Below, in pieces: positions 27,851-45,269 of a DNA stretch of 64,000 nucleotides (positions are counted from its first letter, which is position 1; the number at the start of each line of letters is the position of its first letter). The stretch is taken from NCBI RefSeq assembly GCF_009914755.1, contig NC_060932.1, one strand, 5' to 3'. The notes beneath the pieces are model-generated. The model was not told the origin of the DNA. It searched no databases and saw only the letters and a list, made by a program, of their open reading frames with translations. This DNA comes from the human T2T-CHM13v2.0 reference genome, Homo sapiens. Position numbers and translations under genes: made by a program.

Positions 27851-29219
27851 CCTTTCCTTTTAAAACTGCTCAGTATTATCACCCTTCCTAGCCTTCTAAA
27901 TTTTTAGGCTTTTTCCAGTGAAAAACCTGAACCAGACTAAAAAGAGCTTGGCACAATAATGCTGACTAAAATAAAAAATATTAGAGAAGTGAGTCAAAGA
28001 GGAAAGGCAGCTGTGGATATTGGCGAGAACTAAGGGTGAGCTATTCTGAACTTAAATCGCATAAGCCAAACTGTCTGAGACACAGCATTCTCATCTAATA
28101 TCCTATTATGAAGGGTGTTGCAGGAATTAAAGAAGATAAAGAACTAAAAAGATCCTGAGAGGTGTACCTAGTTCATGATTAACTTGCTAACTGTGGTACT
28201 GTGCATGTTATCTGAGATGGAATTATTAGACACCAGCAATCTTATAGTCATAGAGTGGTCCCTCAGCGTAGATGAAAGCTAAGTACTACAGAATGATCAA
28301 AAGCCAATACTTCAAAAAGCTGATGTACTTGTGGGTTTTTTTCTGTATTTAGATGTATTTCTATCACCTTACTTTGGCTTTCCATTAGCCATGATTCACT
28401 AAGCTACAGCTTTCTCTTTTTTTCCTTCTATTTGGTTGATCCACATTTTTTTCATCAGATTTGAATGTTAGATGTTCTATTTCTATTCTTTAACTGGTTA
28501 TCTAATTTTTCCCATGTACTTAACTTTTCAACATTTAATTTTAGTCTATATCTTTACCTTCCCGGTGAGCATAAGGATTTTAGAATACTTCCATTTCAAT
28601 TCCCCCCTTTGCATTTATCCTCACCATTCTTCAGAACACTGTTATAAAATATTTCATGAATACTTGGTTTTATAATTCCAAAATATTTATTATCACTACT
28701 ATCCTCATTATCACCATTATTACTGTCTTAGTGTAAATACTTCTTTTAATTTACTCACGTGTTTACTATTTCTTTGTTCAGCATCCCTTAATTCTCTTCT
28801 CCTAGATTTAATCTTCTTTCTAAAGCACATTTTGGAACTTTTTAAAGTGATTGTTTGTTAATAATAAATACTTAGCACTTCCTTGTCTAAAAGTATTTTT
28901 TATGTTGCAGATATTCTTTAGTGACATTCCAGCTGGGTACAGAATTCAAACTTGATTGTTATTGCCTATTAGTATTTTTAAAACATTATGTCAGGTTTTT
29001 TTCTATTTTTGTTGTTAATAGTTTTTGTTTATCAACAAAATAATCAACATTTTGTTCATAAATGTGCTGTAAATTTCCAGTGGAAGTTTAAGCTTTACAA
29101 CTAATATGGACAACAACTTGACAATATATTTCAAAATTATAAGGTCATATACTCTTTACCAAGCCATTTCACTTCTAGGAATTCACAATATACATATACT
29201 CATAGAATGACCTTTGAAA

Positions 29220-29720
29220 ATCATCATACTGCTTGAAACTTTCCAATACCTTCTTTCCTCATTCAAAGTAAAAGTCAAAGTGCTTGCACAATCCTACCAC
29301 GCTCCATGAGGTTTATCACCTTGCTCTCCTCACTTCACCTCCTGTCACTCCCTTCCTTGCTCTCTTCTGTCCATCTTAGGGATTTTGCAGTTGTTTCTGT
29401 CTGCAAAGTACTCACCAATATATCTGCATGACTTATTCACTTTTCTTCTCAAGAATATTTTTTATAATCCTACATAAAATAGCTGGCATTACCACCAAAA
29501 TTCTCTCACCCTCATCCTGCTTTATTTTTCTCAATAGAACTTACTGCTATTTGACATACGATATTTTACTTTTTATTTGTTGTTTATCTGTCTCATCAGT
29601 TAGAGTATCAGCTCCACGAGGGCAAGGGATTGGTTTTATTTATTTATTTTACTGTGTCCACACACAAGTGCCTAAAATTGTGCCTGACATATAAAAATAA
29701 ATATGCATTGAATTAGTGAA
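29220..29720 (+). mobile_element. L2 3' fragment
   Basis: ctgcttgaaactttccaatac...gagtatcagctccacgagggcaaggga...gtgcctaaaattgtgcctgacata. Confidence 0.7.
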
Positions 29721-29851
29721 ATTATGTACATGCCCGTAGGTAAAATTATGTTTGTGTAATGTTATTTTTTGCATAATTCTTTGTAGAACCAAAAAATTTT
29801 AGAAACAACCTGCATTGGTTAATTTTATGTATCAATTTGACTGGCCTATAG

Positions 29852-30827
<976 letters not shown>

Positions 30828-31257
30828 ACAGGACACCTAGGTACCTGGTAAAACCATATTTGTGAGTGTGTCCATCAGGATGTTTCTAGAAAATATCAGG
30901 ATTTGCATTGGTGAACTGAGTAAAGCCGATGGTTCTCCCCAGTAAGGGTGTGCGTCATTCAACCCATTGAGGGTCTGCATAGAACAAGAAGGTGGAGAAA
31001 GGGCTAGCTCATTCTCTGTGCTTGAGCTGTGACATCCATGTTCTCCTGCCCTTGGACATCCATGTTCCTGATTCTCAGGCTTTTGAACTCAGACCTAGAT
31101 TTACACTATCACTCTCTGACTCCCAGGCCTTTGGACTTGGGCAGAATTATACCACTGCCTTCTCTTGTTCTCCAGCTTGCAGGCAGAAGATTGTAGGAAT
31201 TCTTGGCTTTCATAATCATGTGATCCAATTCCTATAACAAATCTCCTTTTATATATC

Positions 31258-31628
31258 TGTCTTGGTCTGTCTGGGCTCTTCTAATTAAATATCGTAGACT
31301 GGGTAACTTATAAATAACAAACATTTATTTCTCACTGTTCTGGAGGCTGGAAAGTCCAAGGTCAAGGCACTGGTAGATTGGTGTTTGATGAGGGCCTGCT
31401 TTGTCATAGACGGCACCTTCTTACTGTGTCCTCACATGGTGGAAGGGGCAAGGCTGCTCTCTGGGGCTATTTTATAAGGTTTATAAGGGCACTAATCTAC
31501 TCATCCCATTCATGAGTACAGTCCTCATGACCTAATCACCCCACAAAGGCCGTATCTCCTAATACCTTTACACTGTGATCAGGTTTTTACATAGGAATTT
31601 GGGGAACACAAATATTTACACCATAGCT
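31258..31628 (-). mobile_element. MLT1A/MLT1A0-like solo LTR
   Basis: tgtcttggtctg...atttatttctcactgttctggaggctggaaagtccaagg...ggaatttggggaacacaaatatttacaccatagc. Confidence 0.8.
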
Positions 31629-31814
31629 ATAATTACACACACACATGCACCACACACACACACACACACACACATACACAACAATTCTCAGAGGTTCTCT
31701 GAGAATCTTAACAGATAATCATAGCAATCTAACTGTTCATCATAGCAATCTGGATAAACAATTATGCTGCATCCTATGTGACAGAATGCAGTGGAGTATC
31801 TCTTCATGTATTTA

Positions 31815-32575
<761 letters not shown>

Positions 32576-33889
32576 ATCTTCATGTATTTTAGATTCCCTT
32601 AAGTCGTTTTCTTATTTTTACGCTTCTATGCTGTCACCAGATAATATGCTCAGATCTCTCTTTTCATTTATTAATCATATCAGCTGTACCTAATATAATG
32701 TTTAACCCAATTATTCAATATTACATTCATATATTGCATTTTTCATTTTTATTTCTGGAAGTTCCATTTGGTCATTTTTCAAATCTTCTGGTCATTATTG
32801 CATAGTGTCTCAATCTTTACTCATATTTTTTATTTTTTAATTTCTGTGTTTATTCATTTTAAACATATTTGTTTTATTGTCATTTTCTGATGATTCTATT
32901 ATTTCAAGTCCTTTGTAGTTCAATCCCCAAAGGAGACTGTTTCCTCTGCTTTTGTTCATGGTGGGTTATTTATTAGTGTTTTGTAGTTTTGGATTGTGAG
33001 TTTATCATCAGTTAGTTCTTCATTATCGGAAACTTGTTTGACCTGGGAAGATGTTGTATCACTTTGTACTGAATGTTGTGTCTGCTACTTAAAAACCCAA
33101 AGGGTAGTAAAAATGATGGATCTTGCTATTACTAGCTTGGAGCTTCTTGAACTGAGCAGGAATTGCACATTGACTCCCTCCTAACCTTGTAAGAAGATAA
33201 GCCTATAGTTACATGTCTTAGGGGAGCACTTTTTCTATACCACAAATTAGACATAGATGGAAAAGTTAATTATCATCCCTTTATGCCTATATATAGGGTG
33301 TTTTTTTCCTATTCAACACGTCTACTGAAGGTTATAACCTCTTCATGAAGACCCAATCATGTATTTCCTGTTCCTTTCTGTCTATTAAAATCCCGTGTTC
33401 TTGTTTACCAAGTTACCAACATGCCTATAGTTCTGTACTGTTAGCTCAAACTCATTATTCTAGTTTTCAATTCCTCTTCATTTTGGCTGCTGGATATTCC
33501 CATTCTTCTTGCAGGTTTACAATGAAAATTATTTTTGTTACATCCTGTATAATTTCTAGATGTTTCATACTGGGAATATATTTGGGCTCTCTGATTTACC
33601 ATATTACCAGAAAATAGAAGTGATAATTTATCATTAAGACTACATTTTGACCAAATACCTGATGTTGCTTAACCCAGGTTAATAAATAGTTTAAAAATGA
33701 GATTTGAAGGCGAAGTAAAAAATGTTTTGTTTAAATTTATGCTGCTGGTGGAAGACATCTTCAGGCTTTATTTTGTTTTTTGAGGAAAATAAGCACAAGA
33801 AACACTTGTAAATACTCTCATGGGGAAGCAATTTCTAAATTCCTTTGGCTTAACATTCAAAGTATTTATATGTCATGGCACTTTCTCGA

Positions 33890-34690
33890 CATTTATCCTT
33901 AATTTTTCTCTATCACTTTCCTCATCCAATTTATCATAAATCCTATTGGTTTTATCTTTAAGACAGAACTAGAATCTGGACATTTTAACTCCCCACTGCT
34001 AACACCATAATCCAAGTCACCATCATCATCAGCCTGGACTTTTGAATCTCCTAAGTTACCTCACTGTCTCTATGTTTGTCCTCTATTGCCGATTCTCCAT
34101 ATAGCCAACATAAGATAGATCACACCCCTACACTAAATCCTGTGGTGGATTTCCAAAATATTTAGAATAAAACGCAAAGCCCTTTCCTTGGTCTACATCA
34201 TCAAGCCTTTGGTTCCTCTTCACCACATTTTTCATGTCTTCCCTTCACTCCACTTTAGACCCCATGCCTTCCCTAGTGTTCACCAAATATGCCAAGCATG
34301 CACTTGGCTCAAATCCTTGGCACTAGCTGTTCCCATTGCCTAAACACTCTTCCTCTGGATTCTGCATGGTTTTCTCCCTCACTTTATTCAGATCTCTGCT
34401 CAAATGTCATTCCATTAGTGAGGTCTTCCCTGAGCATCTTACCTAAAGTAGTACCCTTATCATCATTATCTATCCCTTATATTGCTTCATTTTTCATAAT
34501 ATTTGTCACCAATCTGTCATTATATTAGAATTAATTTGCTTATTTGTTTATTGAAATTCTCCCTCTACCAGCATGTTAACTCCATGAGGGTAGGATCTTG
34601 GCTTTGTTCCCTGAGGGCTCCCTAATTCCTAGAACAGTGGCTGGGACATAGTAGACACTCAGTAAATCTTTGTTGGATGAATAAATAATT
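33890..34690 (+). mobile_element. L2 (L2a-like) 3' region
   Basis: ccataatccaagtcaccatcatc...ctctgctcaaatgtcat...actccatgaggg...cctagaacagtggctgggacatagtagacactcagtaaatctttgttggatgaat. Confidence 0.8.
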
Positions 34691-36024
34691 TTGCCCAGTA
34701 GTTGTTAGTTTTATACACAATCTTTCCTGTAGACCATAAATTCCTCAAGAGCAGGAATTCTGGTTTTAATTTTTGTGTGCCCAACAATTCCAACATTGCC
34801 TGGTACATGGTAGTTACCAAACAAATCTTTGTTAAATGTCAGAAAAAAATATGGTTGTTCTTTACTCCAAAACACCATACTAAACAATCCAAAGCAGATT
34901 TAACTGAAAGTATTTTGGCAGGTGTAAATGTAATAATCGCCAAATCACATTGTTGTGCAGCTATAGTAAAATAAATAATCCTTTCTTTAATGAGTTGATA
35001 ATAAAATTGGGAGACAAAATTGATGCATGTGGAACAATCATATAAATTAAATATGAATTAGAATGCATTTGGCAATACGTTCAGTGAAAGGCAGCAGGCA
35101 GAAACTGTCTTGCCCAAAGGCAGACCTCTTAAAAATAAACATATATACTGCCTGAATTAACAATTGGCTTAATAAAAATGTGTTTGGGTCTTGATAGCCT
35201 AGGAAAATAAGAATGGAAGACATTAGAATGAATTTAAATAAATTATAATTTATAGAGTTTCTTTTTAGGCAATATAACTTACTCCTTACTATGGACGATA
35301 AAAAAATTAGTTCCTGCTCCAAAGAACTTTGAAACATTATTTGAGTAAAGAAGCCTGGTACTTAAGAGGAGCTAAACAATTGAGCACTGCCAACAATGAA
35401 TTATATTACAAGGCAGTGTAAGATAAGGGTCTCACTAACGTATGAATAGGGTTCAGGGAAGGAAAAGAACACCGTTGACTGGGGTTATTAGAATGGTTTC
35501 TTGGAGGAAAAAGTGAAAGCAAAGAGTGCTTTTCAGTTCAAACTGGCCTTTTGTGGATACCTACTTGTTTTACAATTGATGTGCAAAGTCTAATGGCATT
35601 CCTACTGTTGTACTGTGGACTCCACTAGTAAATAAACACCACAATTTCTTTGCCTTGTTTTTTGTTGTATTATTTTAAAAGAAGTTCAAGGATCATGTAC
35701 CTCCTTTTACCCGGCCCACCCGAGTTAAATGTACTACTGTCTTCATGTAATGAATCATGAGGATTGGATGTTACTAATTCTACACCTGCTATTTGCCAAT
35801 GACAGCTAGAAAAACAACCTTGCCTTCTAAAATGTTATGTTAAATTTTTAAAATACAGAATATCAGATGTATCTCAATGCTTTAGGATCAAAGTAGTCCA
35901 TTGCTGGAAAAAAATGATTTTTTAAATGACACATTCCTTTGAAATAAAATAAGCGATATCTACCATTTCCATCTCTGCTGATCATGTGTAGTGAATCCTG
36001 TCCTCTAGAGAAGTAGGGATTCCA

Positions 36025-36550
36025 TGAAGGAATATAAATCATTCTGCTACAAAGACACATGCACACATATGTTTATTACAGCACTATTTACAATAGCAAA
36101 GACATGGAACCAACCCAAATGCCCATCAATGATAGGCTGGATAAAGAAAATGTGGTACGTAGATACCATGGAATACTATGCAGCCATAAAAAAGAATGAG
36201 ATCTTGTCCTTTGCAGGGACGTGGATGAAGCTGGAAGCCATCATCCTCACCAAACTAACACAGGAACAGAAAACAAAACACCACTTGTTCTCACTCGTAA
36301 GTGGGAGTTGAACAGTGAGAACAAATGGACACAGAGAAGGGAGCAACACACACTGGGGCTTGTCCGGGGGTGAGGGGCAAAGGGAGGGAGAGCATTAGGA
36401 CAAATACCTAATGCATGCAGGGTTTAAAACCTATATGACGAGTTGATAGGTGCAGCAAACCACCATGGCACATGTACACCTATGTAACAAACCTGCACGT
36501 TCTGCACTTGTATCCCAGAGCTTAAAGTAAAATAAATAAATAAATAAATA
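36025..36550 (+). mobile_element. 5'-truncated L1PA (about PA8-PA11) 3' end
   Basis: ORF2 C-terminus (track ORF 36024-36311), 3' UTR and (TAAA)n tail; perfect 16-bp TSD agaagtagggattcca (36009-36024 / 36551-36566). Confidence 0.93.
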
Positions 36551-37167
36551 AGAAGTAGGGATTCCAGATACCAAGGCCAACCTAAGGTTCCTGTATCCTG
36601 TGATCTTGAGGTTCTTCCAATGACTTGGCATAATTTTCCAGATGACTACAGTATGTGAAACTAGTAGTCCCAAAGTCCACAATTTATGGAAGTGCCAAAT
36701 TTTATTTTAAAAGTAGTCTTTTGGTTAAATGGGAGTGTGGTGGGATTATAACTCTTAGGATAATGTGTTACAATTGTAGATGATTTAAACATACATTCTG
36801 TAAGTCAAGTGCTTTCATTTTATTCTATTTGTAGGTAGAGTAATTTTTGTGCTTTTGTTATTGTTAACAAATCCACTTGAGTAATCCGGAATCAGCATAG
36901 GATTTCTTTTGTCTTTCTTCTACCATAATTTTGCATTTTTTTTCCTCTTTTGGCTTTGTTTATATTTTTAAGTGATTATACAATAATTCAAATGGCAGTC
37001 TGAAAGGATTATAATTCTTAGGAAAGTGTTTTATAAATGACTATCATATAAATGTGAATCTTACTAGTAAATTGTATTTCTAGAAGTGTGGATCTGATTT
37101 CTAGAAGTGTGGATTTGTCATTTCTATTTAACAAATGTGTTCCACCCATTGATCCAGAAATACTGCA

Positions 37168-37311
37168 ATTTTTTTTTTTTTTTTTAGACAGAGTCTCACT
37201 CTGTCACCAGGCTGGAGTGCAGTGGTGTGATCTCTGCTCACTGCAACCTCCGCCTCCCGGGTTCGTGATTCTTCTGCCTCAGCCTCCAGCATACCTGGGA
37301 TTACAGGTGTG
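37168..37311 (-). mobile_element. AluS right arm only
   Basis: poly-T, agacagagtctcactctgtcacc...gggattacaggtgtg, then an abrupt end. Confidence 0.85.
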
Positions 37312-37365
37312 TAATTAGATATGTGAAAAATCCAAGACACTAAGCTGAAAAAGAAATAAAATTCA

Positions 37366-37677
37366 GGCTGGGTTCAGTGGGTCACACTGGTAATCCCAAC
37401 ACTTTGAGGGGCCGAAGCAGGAGGATCCCAACTTGTGCCCGGGAGTTTGAGACCAGCCTGGGCAAAATAATGAGACTCTGTCTCTACAAAAAATGTTTAA
37501 AAATAGCGTGGCATGGTGGCGAACACCTGTAGTTCCAAGTACCTGGGAGGCTGAGGTAGGAGGATCACCTAAACCTAGAGGTCAAAGGCTGCAGTAAGCC
37601 ATGATCATGCCACAGCACTCCAGTCTGGGCAACCTAGTGAAACCTTGTCTCAAAAATAAATAAATAAATAAATAAAT
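37366..37677 (+). mobile_element. AluJ
   Basis: Dimeric Alu with J features and (TAAA)n tail. Confidence 0.88.
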
Positions 37678-37926
37678 CAGTAAGTTGGCTGGAACCAAAG
37701 ATAGAATTAATCATGAATATTCCTGTTATTTATTAAGTAAAAACAGTTTTAAAATATATAAGAAAATATAATATTTATACTGACTACCAAATAAAATCAT
37801 AAGAAATATAACACATGTGCAAAAATTACTTAATTTTAAAAATATGTGAAAGATCAAATGTAAACAAATTGAGAGGCATGTCCTTTTCTTGTATAGAAAC
37901 AATTAGCTCCATAAATAAATGAAATT

Positions 37927-38227
<301 letters not shown>

Positions 38228-38464
38228 ACTAAATCTCTCTAAATAAACTTATAAATTCAAGGTAACCTACACACCGAAAATAATATCAACAAGAATGTAC
38301 ACATAATAGATTACCTGATACTAAATTCATATGTGAAAAAAGTAAGAAGACCCAGGAAAATTGTGAGAAAGAAGAGGGATGATAAATGAGTAACTCTAGA
38401 AGACATTTAAATATATTATAAAACTACCATGATTGAAACAGTGCAGTACTGATCAATGGATTAG

Positions 38465-38670
38465 TAAAGGAATTGATAAACTTCTTCTGTAAAGAACCCC
38501 GTGGTAAATATTTTTGATTTACGGGCCACGCAGTCTCTTACAATTATCCAATTCTGTTATTGTAGTACAAAAGCAGCCATAGACAGCACATAAGTAAATA
38601 GTCATGACTCTGTTCCAATGCAACTTTCTTTACACAAATAGGTAGATGTCTGGATTTGTCTTACTGGGCA
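38465..38670 (+). mobile_element. MER58A hAT-Charlie MITE
   Basis: aaacttcttctgtaaag...gtaaatattttt...tgtagtacaaaagcagccatagac...tgttccaatgcaactt. Confidence 0.75.
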
Positions 38671-40143
38671 GAGGAACACAGATTAAAAGAAAAAATCCAA
38701 AAATAAACAAAAATGCATGAGGATAATTAGCATATGAAAAAGCAGGCATAGCATCTCAGTAAAGAAAGGACAGATTGCTCAATAGATTTTCCGAACAAGT
38801 GAGTATCCATCTAGGAAGAAAAATACAGTTGAATCCTTATCTCATTCATTAAATAATTCCACCTGGATTAAAAATTGAAACATAAAAGTTAAAATCATTA
38901 CAGTACTAAAGGAAAACAGTAGAATATTTGTATGAACTGAGAATGGAAGAAGTCTTCAAAAGCATGAACTAAACCCAGAAGCCATAAATGAAAAGACTGA
39001 AAAATTAGATTTCATAAAAATAAAAATTTCTGCATGGTAAAATATACCACCAGTAAAAAGTTGGGGCTCCGGGGAAGGAGAAACACTGCCAACTCATTTC
39101 ACAGATCCTACAGCTTGTGATTGATATAACAGTTTCTGTCATTTGTGTAATCGAGTTTTCCATGCTATTTTACTTAAATTACCAATAAATACCAGTATTT
39201 CTATTATGGTAATACTGTTATCTTGGTAGTCTGAAATTTTGAAATAAAGATCATTCATTTGAAATGAAGATCAATGATTCAATTTCTCAGTTTAGGAAGA
39301 ACACAAAACACCTTCCATTCTCCCAGTCTGCCCAGGTGCAAGCCCATGTAAACCTCAATACGCAAACTTGTCTTCTTTTTCATCACTGAGGAATGATTGG
39401 GATGGTTCCCAGGGGGGATCTGTGTTTATAAGCTGACAGGTTAAAGAACTTCTATGAAAATCCTTGTTGAACAAAACTTTTTTCTATAAAATTTTGAATT
39501 GAACAAAGGTACATTCACTTAGAAAGCATTCTTCTATGCCACGACAATCCTCAAGAGAAGGAAGGCAATGACAACAAACAAATGAAAGCTTACATTGCAA
39601 GAATAACTTTTACTCTAGCTCAAAGATTTTTTAAACCAGTGAAATATAAATGCAACAATATTGACATTAATACAGATCAGTTTTTATCAAAATTTTTAAC
39701 TATAATGATGAAACCTAAATTAACAAAGAAACAAAAAAGCTTCCATTGATATGAAAGTAATGGCTCACTTTCAATATAATGCTTACAATACCTGTTAAAG
39801 AACAAATAATTGATTAAAATTATCTCATCAACAAAGAGGTAGGCTTATTTGGAGGTGAATCCCAAGGAAAAAAATTGAAGTTGGCTTATATTTATCTCCT
39901 CATTGTTCCTCAGACTACTGGAGCATCAGAACGAGGTACAGAATGAGACTTTGGTTAAGATTCACCTTAGCAACTATTGTGGCTTGAACTGAGTCCTCCT
40001 TTCTCCCCAAAATTGTGTTAAAGTCCTAACTTCTGGTATCCATGAATGTGACTGTACATGGAAATAGGATCTTTGCAGATGTAATATAATTAAGTTGAGG
40101 TCATAATCCAATGAGACTGGGGTCCTTATAAGAAAAGAAAACA

Positions 40144-40668
<525 letters not shown>

Positions 40669-41282
40669 TTAGCTACCCAATGTATGGTACCATGTTACAG
40701 CAGCCCTAGGCTGTATTAATGTCCACTAATACAAGGACCTAACTCCCCTGCAGTTCCAGAGTGTTCTCCTGTCCCTACTGCATCCTCCAGAGAAACCAGT
40801 CCCATGCCCAGGTCTGGCAGTGCTGGAAGGAGCTGGAGCACCTGTGATTCTGGTCCGGCTGGCCTCCTCCTGAGAGATGGGCATGCGAAAGGCCCTGGCA
40901 GACCCTCGGCCTACTCTGGGGAAGGTGAGCTGCTGGCAGAGGGGGTAGATGAGGTAGAAAAAGCTGAGTTTGAAGCTACAGTGACAGCAGCAGCATGGGT
41001 TCTCCATAATCAAAGTGGCCAAGGTACCAGGAGATAGGGGAGGCCGAGGGACCAGAGGCAGCCCATAACATGTGGCCGATACAGCTCATTCTACTGCTCT
41101 TGGGTTCAGCCTCCTCTCCCTCCCAGTGCTTCCTAGGTTTCCAACCCTTCTTGTTCATCTCCGCCCTGCAGCTTTTCTTCTCAACCTGTTGTCTTTTTTT
41201 CTGTTACAAAGAAAAAGGTATTTTATTTTAAAACTTTTTATAGTCTTCTAAGTACCAGGCACTGTACTCCTTTAAGGAAAAA

Positions 41283-41860
41283 GACTTTATTTTCAGAGCA
41301 GTTTTAGGTTCACAGCAAAATTAAGCAGAAAGTACAGAAAGTTCCCATATACCCCTAACCCCCACACATGCACAGCCTCTCCCATTATCGCCATCTTGCA
41401 CCAGAGTGGTGCATTTGTTATACATGATGAGCCTCCATGAATGTGTCATTGCAGCCAAAGTCCACAGTTTACATGGACTCATGGCAAGTCACGGACATAA
41501 GATTCACTCTTGGTGTTGTACATTCTGTGGGTCTGACAAGTGCATAATGACATGTACCAATCTTTGTAATATCACACAGGATAGTTTCACTACCCTAAAA
41601 ATCCTCTGTGCTCCACCTATTCACCCCTCCCTTTCCACCAGCCCTGGCAAACACTGATCTTTTTACTATATCCATAGGTTTGCCTTTTCCAGAATGCCCT
41701 ACAGCTGGAATCACATGGTATGTAGCCCTTTCAGATTGGCTTCTCTCACTTAACGATATGCATTTGAGTTCTCTTCATGTTTTTTCATGATTTGATAGCT
41801 CCTTTCTTTTTAGTCCTGAATAATATCACATTGTCTGGATATACCACAGTCTCTTTACCC
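41283..41860 (-). mobile_element. L1MC (MC1/MC2-like) 3' end
   Basis: agagcagttttaggttcacagcaaaattaagcagaaagtacag...tttgccttttccagaatg...gtagccctttcagattggcttc. Confidence 0.8.
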
Positions 41861-41887
41861 TGTTGTTTTTAAAGACATCCTGGATCT

Positions 41888-42183
<296 letters not shown>

Positions 42184-42279
42184 AAAGACATCCTGGATCC
42201 TTTCCTTTCCTCGCAGCTGGTGTGTTTTCTCAGTCTCCGTGCCCTGCTAATTAGGCACCTCTCCTCACGCACAGTCCAG

Positions 42280-42500
42280 GCAGTGTCATGATTAGGAGCT
42301 CAGGTTCTCAATCTGAATTCTCTGCTCAGACCTGGGCTCCACAGCTTGTTTCTCTGGCAAGCCATTTAATCTCTCTCTGCTTCAATGTCTCAATCTCCAA
42401 AATGAAGGATAAGACAATCACTTTCCTCATGAGGCAGTGATATTAAATGACGTAGTAGCTATAAAGAACTTAGCACAGGGCCTGGCTCCTTACATGTTTA
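42280..42500 (+). mobile_element. MIR
   Basis: ggcaagccatttaatctctctctgcttcaatgtctcaatctccaaaatg...taaagaacttagcacagggcctggc. Confidence 0.7.
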
Positions 42501-45269
42501 CAGGTGTCAATTTTGGCTTGTTTTTAGGAGGCCAAAAAAAATTGTTGGTTTAATCTTCTTCTACACTCTGAATGATATGATTCTAAGATTTCTGAAAGTT
42601 ATTACATGTGTCTACCATGTTATTGCATATGAACAAAGAATTTACAAAATCCTATATTGTCACCTAGCAACATTGCAGTAATAGAGAACAGAACAGAGAA
42701 CCTGTTTTGTTATTCAAAACATTAAATTTTATATGGATTTAAGATAATATTTCCATGCCAGAGCAATGCTAATAATAAAATTGAATTCACACCGAAGGAA
42801 AGAGTTAATGAACCTAAAGACGTGCAATAATTTACCAGACATACGCTGTGCTTCAGAAACCAATTATAACTTATTTTGATGTCTTGTAGACATGGCCCAG
42901 GTGTTCACATCAAATCAATAATCAGAAAATGCCATTTAGGCCCCATCAACATTTCCCACTGGAGCTCTGCTAGCACCAACTTCAAGGAGAAAAGCAGCCT
43001 CCCTTCTTTGCAGCTGAAAAGTCTTGAAATATGTCTGAGTGAATGCAGTCAATGGCATCTCTCGCAAATAAATAGCTAAACAGAAAAGTATTCTGTGGAT
43101 GGCATGCCACTTCATGACTGTGGATCAACCTTATTAAAATATCAGCTACAAAACATTTGCTATGCACCCTGACAGGAAATGCAGGACCGAATAATAATTG
43201 CTTAATTTGTTGGGGAAGGCTATAAAGAACATCTCTCTAGGGCATCAGGACCCTGAAGAGTTAGTGAATAAAACTGTCTAGCCTCTGGGAGTCCAGCAAA
43301 CATATTACAGAGGTCTAGTAAAATTTAAACATTAAAAAGCTCTTTCTGACTCCTCAGTGCCCAATTCAATTCATTCTCAGAGCCTAATTACTAACATTGT
43401 ATGTGAAGAAATGGAAAGAATGCACCAAGATTACTGAAAGGCAATTATCTCTTCACACAGAAAAAAATCATCTGTGGCACCTATAAAGCTTACCGAGAGA
43501 ATGTACTAATGTGCCAAATGTCGAGAGGGCAGAATCGAGTTGAAAACACATCTTTTGAATAAATGAATAGCATGTAGTTGAGTGGCAGAGAGTGGTAAAT
43601 GAATAGTGCACTTAAAATTGGAAATGAATTGGTCAATTAGCAAGAAGATTACCGTTTGCCAGATTTAGGCTTATTTAAAGAACAGATAACTGCAGCCTCA
43701 TTTGCAGGAGCAGGCAGGATTTCCAGGGGAATGAATACTTGAACGTGCAGTGGTTCGATTACTGAACATCGGTTATGAAAGAAGATAATAGTGGTAACTA
43801 AGGAGTGAGATCCATGTTATTTTAGAGGTTATTACTGAAGCCAAAGAAGGATTGCACTTTTGATATGAAGCTGATTTTGAGTCTTCATCTGAGCCAAGGA
43901 TATGTAGACACAGAATTGGTGATTGTCTGCATGGTAAAATTTTAAGGGGCACAGGAAAGATCTTTATTCCAAAAACCTCTTAAACCTAGTATGCTGCCTG
44001 ACGTCTTCACTCCATCTTCACTGGTGTTTATACCAACTAGAGATTTCTTTAAGTTGTCATATGTAGTCATATCAAAGAGCATATTCATCTTGAGAGCATG
44101 GACAACTGCCTACCAGTCCTGCATGCCTTATGGTGAATTAGTTCATGTATACTTAATGCCTTCTAGTACCTAAGATAACGTAAACTGAGGTAGCAGAGGA
44201 TTTCATGAGGGCTAAATGGGGCACAAGAAATAATTTTTGATCATGAGAAACATTAAAAATGAGCTAGTCTGGGTGGACTTCCATCATGGGAACTTCAGTC
44301 CACCAGATTAGAACGTGTGGTGAGAAGACGCATTGTGAAGATCCACAGAAAAAGACCTGAGAGAACTAGGGAAGAAGAATGTGGCATTGAGATGGATGCA
44401 TGGGTTTCAAAAACAAATTACAACAACTTACAACTTGTTCTATGGTCATCTCTACAAATGTAGAGTATGAGATGTACAAACCGGGCAAAAGGGGATGATA
44501 CAAATCTTTTAGGCAACTCCCTTCCCTGATTTTACCCTTAATATTAGAACGTAGTGTTAAGTTTACTTAGGAGACTCAAACAAAATGCCACAGCTGACTG
44601 GTAGATTCCAAATGGGGTGCAAGTCTCTTGATTTCCAGGGTTCTCTTCCTAAGACTGTTCATGAAAGTTACCATGGTCCCTCCCCTCATCCCCATCAGCA
44701 TTTTACATAAGCCATTTCTCTGATGATCATTCTTGGATATGTGACTCTCTGCCAAGCCACTGTAATCATCTGAGAAAATAATATCAAAATCTAAAAAAGA
44801 AAAATCCATGAAACCTGAAATTTCCACCGAGTTCTCAAGCTTTCTCTCTCACTCACTGGGGACATTTTTAGTTTTCCTTGCTCTGTAGCCTGCCAAGTAT
44901 CCAGGATATCTAACCACAAATGGGAAAGACAGTCCAGTCTAATCAGACACTCAACCTAATCCCATTCCCAGGCAGCCTTTGAGCCATCACCAAGCCCTGA
45001 AAGTTCAGGGTCAAGTCTTTTGAAAAACAGCATGTAAGGCTCAAAACCCTCACGTACTTGCAGTGTGCATCCTGCTTAAAAGCCTTCAGAAAGAGTGCCA
45101 GCAAAGCTAGGCAACACAGGAACTATTGTTTTAAACAGAGACAGATTAGTTCTTCAAATAGCACCAACCAATGTTCTCCTGAAGAGGTGTGTTCCTATAA
45201 GAAATTTCTCTATTTAGAAATTCCTTACAGCTTTTACTCTTTCTCTTATTTACTTTTTCACTTCCTACT

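Noticed and set aside
36024-36311. 95-aa ORF with clear protein similarity
   Set aside because: C-terminal tail of ORF2 in a 5'-truncated L1PA; no promoter or real start
37077-37113. Tandem duplication tttctagaagtgtggat x2
   Set aside because: Ordinary small slippage duplication with no further structure
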